A stretch of 31,984 bases of DNA, taken from a virus. Lineage: Duplodnaviria > Heunggongvirae > Uroviricota > Caudoviricetes. The position numbers were made by a program, and so were the translations under genes. This document shows positions 26,297 through 31,984 of the stretch, piece by piece. The notes beneath the pieces were generated by a model. It searched no databases. It had not been told where the DNA came from and saw nothing but the letters and a program-made list of their open reading frames with translations. The stretch lies in IMG/VR virus record IMGVR_UViG_2534682327_000012. One strand, 5' to 3'. The stretch's first letter is position 1. The number at the start of each line of letters is the position of its first letter.

Positions 26297-26448
26297 CGTT
26301 CCCGAAAAATCTCTCGGTCGATGACCTGATGGCGGATGTGGCAGTGATATTTCACTGGCCGCCATCAGAACTGTATCCCATGAGCCTGACCGAACTCATC
26401 ACATGGCGCGAAAAGGCGCTCCGGCGAAGCGGAAACACGAATGAGTAA
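26021..26448 (+). CDS. E': E+E' fusion made by programmed -1 ribosomal frameshift at 26269..26275
   Basis: After a -1 slip on T-TTT-TTG the reading frame stays open for 57 codons (VAELGAVTFPKNLSVDDLMADVAVIFHWPPSELYPMSLTELITWREKALRRSGNTNE) and stops at 26446..26448, overlapping the T start; same arrangement as P2 E/E' and analogous to lambda G/GT. Confidence 0.8.
26269..26275 (+). promoter_or_regulatory. Slippery heptamer T-TTT-TTG for the E/E' -1 frameshift
   Basis: Heptamer sits in the X-XXY-YYZ register relative to the E frame (codons GGT TTT TTG). Confidence 0.8.
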
Positions 26449-28888
26449 CAATGTAAAATTACAGGTATTGCTCAGGGCTGTTGACCAGGCATCCCGCCCG
26501 TTTAAATCCATCCGCACAGCGAGTAAGTCGCTGTCGGGGGATATCCGGGAAACACAAAAATCACTGCGCGAGCTGAACGGTCACGCATCCCGTATTGAGG
26601 GATTTCGCAAGACCAGCGCACAGCTTTCCGTGACTGGTCATGCACTTGAAAAGGCACGGCAGGAAGCCGAAGCCCTTGCCACACAGTTTAAAAACACCGA
26701 ACGTCCGACCCGTGCTCAGGCGAAAGTGCTGGAATCCGCAAAGCGTGCGGCGGAGGACTTACAGGCGAAATATAACCGCCTGACAGATTCCATTAAACGC
26801 CAGCAGCGGGAACTGGCCGCTGTGGGAATTAATACCCGCAATCTTGCACATGATGAGCAGGGACTGAAAAACCGTATCAGTGAAACCACCGCACAGCTTA
26901 ACCGTCAGCGTGACGCGCTGGCGCGTGTCAGTGCACAACAGGCAAAACTTAACGCAGTAAAACAGCGTTATCAGGCCGGAAAGGAACTGGCCGGAAATAT
27001 GGCCTCAGTGGGCGCTGCCGGTGTGGGGATTGCTGCTGCGGGAACGATGGCCGGAGTTAAGTTGCTGATGCCCGGTTATGAGTTTGCGCAGAAAAACTCA
27101 GAATTGCAGGCCGTGCTCGGTGTGGCAAAAGACTCCGCCGAAATGGCTGCACTACGCAAGCAGGCGCGCCAGCTCGGCGACAATACCGCAGCCTCGGCAG
27201 ATGATGCAGCCGGTGCGCAGATTATTATTGCGAAAGCCGGTGGGGATGTTGATGCCATTCAGGCGGCAACGCCGGTCACGCTGAATATGGCGCTGGCGAA
27301 CCGTCGCACGATGGAAGAAAACGCCGCCCTGCTGATGGGGATGAAATCCGCCTTTCAGCTTTCAAACGATAAGGTCGCTCATATCGGGGATGTTCTCTCC
27401 ATGACGATGAACAAAACCGCCGCCGATTTTGACGGTATGAGCGATGCGCTGACCTATGCCGCACCAGTGGCAAAAAATGCCGGTGTCAGCATTGAAGAAA
27501 CCGCCGCAATGGTCGGGGCGCTGCATGACGCAAAAATTACCGGTTCAATGGCGGGGACGGGAAGCCGTGCCGTGTTAAGCCGCCTGCAGGCACCGACGGG
27601 AAAAGCATGGGATGCACTGAAAGAGCTTGGTGTGAAAACCTCAGACAGCAAGGGAAACACCCGACCAGTATTTACCATTCTGAAAGAAATGCAGGCCAGT
27701 TTTGAGAAAAACCGGCTCGGTACTGCCCAGCAGGCTGAATACATGAAAACTATTTTCGGGGAGGAGGCCAGCTCAGCCGCCGCCGTGCTGATGACTGCCG
27801 CCTCAACTGGAAAGCTGGACAAACTGACCGCTGCGTTTAAAGCCTCAGACGGGAAGACTGCTGAGCTGGTAAATATCATGCAGGACAACCTCGGCGGTGA
27901 CTTTAAGGAGTTTCAGTCCGCTTATGAGGCGGTGGGGACTGACCTGTTTGACCAGCAGGAAGGCGCACTGCGTAAGCTCACGCAGACGGCCACAAAGTAT
28001 GTGTTAAAACTCGACGGCTGGATACAGAAAAACAAATCACTGGCGTCAACCATCGGCATCATTGTCGGTGGTGCACTGGCGCTGATTGGTGTCATCGGTG
28101 CCATTGGCCTCGTAGCCTGGCCGGTTATCACCGGCATCAATGCCATTATCGCGGCAGCAGGCGCAATGGGGGCAATCTTCACGACGGTTGGTAGTGCTGT
28201 TATGACCGCCATCGGGGCTATTAGCTGGCCGGTTGTGGCCGTGGTGGCTGCCATTGTCGCCGGTGCGTTGCTTATCCGTAAATACTGGGAGCCTGTCAGC
28301 GCATTCTTTGGTGGTGTGGTTGAAGGGCTGAAAGCGGCATTTGCGCCGGTGGGGGAACTGTTCACGCCACTTAAACCGGTTTTTGACTGGCTGGGCGAAA
28401 AGTTACAGGCCGCGTGGCAGTGGTTTAAAAACCTGATTGCCCCGGTCAAAGCCACCCAGGACACCCTGAACCGTTGCCGTGACACGGGCGTCATGTTCGG
28501 GCAGGCACTGGCTGACGCGTTGATGCTGCCGCTTAATGCGTTCAACAAACTGCGCAGTGGTATTGACTGGGTACTGGAAAAACTCGGTGTTATCAACAAA
28601 GAGTCAGACACACTTGACCAGACCGCCGCCAGAACTCATACCGCCACGTATGGTACCGGTGACTATATTCCGGCGACCAGCTCTTATGCAGGCTATCAGG
28701 CTTATCAGCCGGTCACGGCACCGGCTGGCCGCTCTTATGTAGACCAGAGTAAAAACGAATATCACATCAGCCTGACGGGGGGGACTGCGCCGGGGACACA
28801 GCTTGACCGCCAGTTACAGGATGCGCTCGAAAAATACGAGCGGGATAAACGTGCGCGCGCCCGTGCCAGCATGATGCATGACGGTTAA
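26441..28888 (+). CDS. T: Tail tape measure protein T, 815 aa
   Basis: Long ORF, Ala/Gly-rich with a hydrophobic central stretch; position after E/E'. Confidence 0.92.
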   Translation: MSNNVKLQVLLRAVDQASRPFKSIRTASKSLSGDIRETQKSLRELNGHASRIEGFRKTSAQLSVTGHALEKARQEAEALATQFKNTERPTRAQAKVLESAKRAAEDLQAKYNRLTDSIKRQQRELAAVGINTRNLAHDEQGLKNRISETTAQLNRQRDALARVSAQQAKLNAVKQRYQAGKELAGNMASVGAAGVGIAAAGTMAGVKLLMPGYEFAQKNSELQAVLGVAKDSAEMAALRKQARQLGDNTAASADDAAGAQIIIAKAGGDVDAIQAATPVTLNMALANRRTMEENAALLMGMKSAFQLSNDKVAHIGDVLSMTMNKTAADFDGMSDALTYAAPVAKNAGVSIEETAAMVGALHDAKITGSMAGTGSRAVLSRLQAPTGKAWDALKELGVKTSDSKGNTRPVFTILKEMQASFEKNRLGTAQQAEYMKTIFGEEASSAAAVLMTAASTGKLDKLTAAFKASDGKTAELVNIMQDNLGGDFKEFQSAYEAVGTDLFDQQEGALRKLTQTATKYVLKLDGWIQKNKSLASTIGIIVGGALALIGVIGAIGLVAWPVITGINAIIAAAGAMGAIFTTVGSAVMTAIGAISWPVVAVVAAIVAGALLIRKYWEPVSAFFGGVVEGLKAAFAPVGELFTPLKPVFDWLGEKLQAAWQWFKNLIAPVKATQDTLNRCRDTGVMFGQALADALMLPLNAFNKLRSGIDWVLEKLGVINKESDTLDQTAARTHTATYGTGDYIPATSSYAGYQAYQPVTAPAGRSYVDQSKNEYHISLTGGTAPGTQLDRQLQDALEKYERDKRARARASMMHDG

Positions 28889-28902
28889 GGAGGTGACGAA
28901 AA

Positions 28903-29382
28903 ATGATGCTCGCGTTAGGTATGTTTGTTTTTATGCGCCAGACGCTGCCACACCAGACCATGCAGCGTGAATCAGATTATCGCTGGCCGTCAAATTCCCG
29001 TATCGGTAAACGGGATGCCTTTCAGTTTCTCGGTGTGGGTGAGGAAAACATCACGCTGGCCGGTGTGCTTTATCCCGAACTGACCGGCGGCAAGCTGACG
29101 ATGACCACGCTCAGGCTGATGGCAGAGGAGGGGCGGGCGTGGCCGTTGCTGGATGGCACCGGCATGATTTACGGCATGTATGTCATCAGCAGGGTGAGTG
29201 AAACAGGGAGTATTTTCTTTGCAGACGGCACACCCCGGAAAATTGATTTTACGCTGTCACTCACCCGCGTTGATGAATCACTGGCCGCGCTTTATGGCGA
29301 TATCGGTAAACAGGCGGAATCGCTCATCGGTAAGGCCGGCAGTATGGCGACCAGATTCACAGGTATGACGGGGGCGGGATAA
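28903..29382 (+). CDS. U: Tail protein U, 159 aa
   Basis: Size and order. Confidence 0.88.
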   Translation: MMLALGMFVFMRQTLPHQTMQRESDYRWPSNSRIGKRDAFQFLGVGEENITLAGVLYPELTGGKLTMTTLRLMAEEGRAWPLLDGTGMIYGMYVISRVSETGSIFFADGTPRKIDFTLSLTRVDESLAALYGDIGKQAESLIGKAGSMATRFTGMTGAG

Positions 29383-30545
29383 TGCTGGATGCGCTGACAT
29401 TTGATGCAGGCAGTACGCTGACGCCGGATTACATGCTGATGCTCGACAGCAGGGATATTACCGGCAATATCAGCGACCGTCTGATGAGCATGACCCTGAC
29501 GGATAACCGGGGCTTTGAGGCTGACCAGCTTGATATTGAACTGAACGATGCCGACGGGCAGGTCGGGCTGCCGGTTCGTGGCGCTGTCCTGACGGTGTAT
29601 ATCGGCTGGAAAGGTTTTGCCCTGGTATGCAAAGGGAAATTTACCGTTGATGAGGTTGAACACCGGGGCGCACCGGATGTAGTCACCATCCGCGCCCGGA
29701 GTGCAGATTTTCGCGGGACGCTCAATTCCCGCCGGGAAGGCTCCTGGCATGACACCACGCTCGGTGCGATTGTTAAGGCGATAGCCACCCGTAACAGGCT
29801 GGAAGCCAGTGTCGCTCCGTCACTGGCCGGAATTAAAATCCCGCACATCGACCAGTCGCAGGAGTCTGATGCGAAATTCCTGACCCGTCTTGCAGAACGC
29901 AACGGCGGTGAGGTGTCGGTAAAAATGGGAAAACTGTTGTTTCTCAAAGCGGGGCAGGGGGTGACGGCCAGCGGTAAAAAAATCCCGCAGGTCACCATCA
30001 CCCGCAGCGACGGCGACCGCCATCATTTTGCGATTGCTGACCGTGGAGCCTATACCGGCGTAACGGCAAAGTGGTTACACACCAAAGACCCGAAGCCGCA
30101 AAAGCAGAAGGTAAAACTGAAACGCAAAAAGAAAGAAAAACACCTGCGCGCACTGGAGCACCCGAAAGCAAAACCGGTCAGGCAGAAGAAAGCGCCAAAA
30201 GTACCGGAAGCGCGCGAAGGTGAATACATGGCCGGTGAGGCTGACAACGTTTTTGCCCTGACCACGGTATATGCCACGAAAGCACAGGCCATGCGTGCCG
30301 CTCAGGCGAAGTGGGATAAACTGCAACGGGGCGTTGCGGAGTTCTCCATCAGCCTGGCTACCGGTCGTGCTGATATTTACACGGAAACACCGGTTAAAGT
30401 ATCAGGCTTTAAGCGCGTCATAGACGAGCAGGACTGGACAATCACTAAGGTGACACATTTTCTGAATAATAGCGGCTTCACGACGTCCTTAGAGCTTGAG
30501 GTCAGGCTTTCTGATGTGGAGTACGAAACAGAAGATGATGAGTGA
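29382..30545 (+). CDS. D: Tail protein D, 387 aa
   Basis: TAATG overlap with U; size and order. Confidence 0.88.
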   Translation: MLDALTFDAGSTLTPDYMLMLDSRDITGNISDRLMSMTLTDNRGFEADQLDIELNDADGQVGLPVRGAVLTVYIGWKGFALVCKGKFTVDEVEHRGAPDVVTIRARSADFRGTLNSRREGSWHDTTLGAIVKAIATRNRLEASVAPSLAGIKIPHIDQSQESDAKFLTRLAERNGGEVSVKMGKLLFLKAGQGVTASGKKIPQVTITRSDGDRHHFAIADRGAYTGVTAKWLHTKDPKPQKQKVKLKRKKKEKHLRALEHPKAKPVRQKKAPKVPEAREGEYMAGEADNVFALTTVYATKAQAMRAAQAKWDKLQRGVAEFSISLATGRADIYTETPVKVSGFKRVIDEQDWTITKVTHFLNNSGFTTSLELEVRLSDVEYETEDDE

Positions 30546-30626
30546 TGTAATTTATTTATCTGTTTGTTTTATAAGGATAAATTAACTAAAATGGCACTAT
30601 CAACAAAACCGGAAGAGGTGCTCGCG

Positions 30627-30845
30627 ATGTTTCATTGTCCTTTATGCCAGCATGCCGCACATGCGCGTACAAGCCGCTATATCACTGACACGACAAAAGA
30701 GCGTTATCACCAGTGTCAGAACGTGAATTGCAGCGCCACGTTCATCACCTATGAGTCGGTACAGAGATACATCGTGAAGCCGGGAGAAGTCCACGCCGTA
30801 AGGCCGCACCCGTTGCCGTCAGGGCAGCAAATTATGTGGATGTGA
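30627..30845 (+). CDS. ogr: Ogr late-gene transcription activator (C4 zinc finger), 72 aa
   Basis: Translation MFHCPLCQHAAHARTSRYITDTTKERYHQCQNVNCSATFITYESVQRYIVKPGEVHAVRPHPLPSGQQIMWM matches P2 Ogr as I recall it; the track ORF begins 21 codons upstream at 30564. Confidence 0.93.
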   Translation: MFHCPLCQHAAHARTSRYITDTTKERYHQCQNVNCSATFITYESVQRYIVKPGEVHAVRPHPLPSGQQIMWM

Positions 30846-30855
30846 TCACAAAAAT

Positions 30856-30882
30856 AGCCCCTCAGTTGAGGGGCTTTATTTA
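30856..30882 (+). terminator. Rho-independent terminator after ogr: AGCCCCTC, loop AGTT, GAGGGGCT, then TTATTTA
   Basis: 8-bp GC-rich stem and tetraloop followed by a T-rich tract, 10 bp after the ogr stop. Confidence 0.75.
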
Positions 30883-30973
30883 TGGTCGATGTGGACGCTA
30901 TGTGGACAGCGGTTGACATAAATCCATTTATATCATCAGGTTAGGTGCTTTTTTTTGACACCATCCCTGTCTT

Positions 30974-31000
30974 CCCCCACATGATGTGGGGGTTTTTTTT
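30974..31000 (+). terminator. Strong hairpin CCCCCACAT-g-ATGTGGGGG followed by T8; terminator at or near the prophage/host junction
   Basis: Perfect inverted repeat and 8-T run seen directly; could be a host terminator or part of the att region. Confidence 0.65.
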
Positions 31001-31081
31001 ATCCTCAATTTGCCTGCTGCTTAATGCATTGCAGATGATTTGCTTCCGTTATACTAGCGTCAGTTGATAGCGGGAGTATTT

Positions 31082-31984
31082 ATGAATCAATCTTATGGAC
31101 GGCTGGTCAGTCGGGCGGCGATTGCTGCGACGGCGATGGCTTCGTTGCTATTGCTGATTAAAATTTTTGCATGGTGGTATACCGGGTCGGTGAGTATTCT
31201 CGCCGCGCTGGTGGATTCGCTGGTGGATATCGGCGCGTCGTTGACGAATTTACTGGTGGTGCGATATTCCCTGCAACCTGCCGACGATAATCACTCGTTT
31301 GGTCACGGTAAAGCAGAGTCCCTCGCGGCGCTGGCGCAAAGTATGTTTATCTCCGGTTCGGCACTATTCCTGTTTTTGACGGGTATTCAACATCTGATAT
31401 CTCCAACACCGATGACAGATCCAGGCGTCGGGGTTATCGTGACAATTGTGGCGCTAATTTGTACGATTATCCTTGTCTCGTTTCAGCGTTGGGTGGTGCG
31501 CCGGACGCAAAGCCAGGCGGTGCGGGCTGATATGCTACATTACCAGTCTGATGTTATGATGAACGGCGCAATTCTGCTGGCGCTGGGGTTGTCCTGGTAC
31601 GGCTGGCATCGCGCCGATGCTCTGTTTGCATTGGGAATCGGCATCTATATTTTATATAGCGCGTTACGCATGGGATATGAGGCGGTACAGTCATTACTGG
31701 ATCGCGCATTGCCTGATGAGGAACGGCAAGAAATTATTGATATCGTGACTTCCTGGCCGGGTGTTAGCGGCGCTCACGATCTTCGCACGCGGCAGTCAGG
31801 GCCGACCCGCTTTATTCAGATTCATTTGGAAATGGAAGACTCTCTGCCTTTGGTTCAGGCACATATGGTGGCGGATCAGGTAGAGCAGGCTATTTTACGG
31901 CGTTTTCCGGGATCGGATGTAATTATCCATCAGGACCCCTGTTCCGTCGTACCCAGGGAGGGTAAACGGTCTATGCTTTCATAA
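31082..31984 (+). CDS. fieF: Host cation-diffusion-facilitator Fe/Zn efflux transporter FieF (YiiP), 300 aa
   Basis: Translation [54 protein letters not shown]... recognised as enterobacterial FieF; the track ORF starts at an upstream TTG, the ATG at 31082 gives the known N-terminus; stop at the window end. Confidence 0.93.

Larger units (their letters stand above)
1..31000. mobile_element. P2-like (Peduovirus-type) prophage, nearly complete; right junction with host lies somewhere in ~30850..31060, left junction is outside the window
   Basis: Canonical P2 prophage gene order int-C-cox-B-A ... cos ... Q-P-O-N-M-L-X-Y-K-lysAB-R-S-V-W-J-I-H-G-FI-FII-E-T-U-D-ogr; proteins recognisable from translation; host gene fieF immediately to the right. 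Confidence 0.9.

Noticed and set aside
1-31984. Looked for tRNA genes, rRNA, IS elements/transposases and integrons
   Set aside because: No transposase-like ORF or obvious terminal inverted repeats of an IS, and nothing resembling a tRNA-containing att site inside the window; integration here appears to be intergenic next to fieF. tRNA absence is by eye only, and tRNAscan-SE would settle it.

Overview
The window is almost entirely a complete-looking P2-like (Peduovirus-type) temperate myovirus prophage, read from the integrase at position 1 to the ogr gene at about 30.85 kb, followed by the 5' side of the host gene fieF (31082..31984). All calls are from reading the sequence and ORF translations by eye; no searches were run. 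Gene order is the canonical P2 prophage order: int-C / cox-B-A early region, cos, Q-P / O-N-M-L capsid and terminase block, X-Y-K-lysA-lysB-lysC lysis cassette, R-S-V-W-J-I-H-G tail and baseplate, FI-FII-E(E')-T-U-D, ogr. Core genes are GC-rich and tightly packed with many ATGA/TAATG overlaps. Three low-GC cargo (moron) genes of unknown function sit in the three known variable slots of P2-like genomes: the tin/old slot between A and cos (6531..7265, minus), the orf30 slot between S and V (16908..17693, minus, membrane protein) and the Z/fun slot between G and FI (23417..23944, plus). The Z/fun-slot protein carries an R-N-x-x-x-H motif typical of HEPN RNases and is my best candidate for an undescribed single-gene anti-phage (abortive infection) system; the other two are candidate defence or superinfection-exclusion genes. 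Other sequence-level features seen directly: a 19-nt cos match, a T-TTT-TTG slippery site giving the E+E' frameshift product, lysC embedded out of frame in lysB/R, a 132-bp in-frame tandem repeat array in tail-fibre gene H, a near-consensus early promoter with 10-bp direct-repeat operator candidates, and several terminator hairpins. The left prophage junction (attL) is outside the window.
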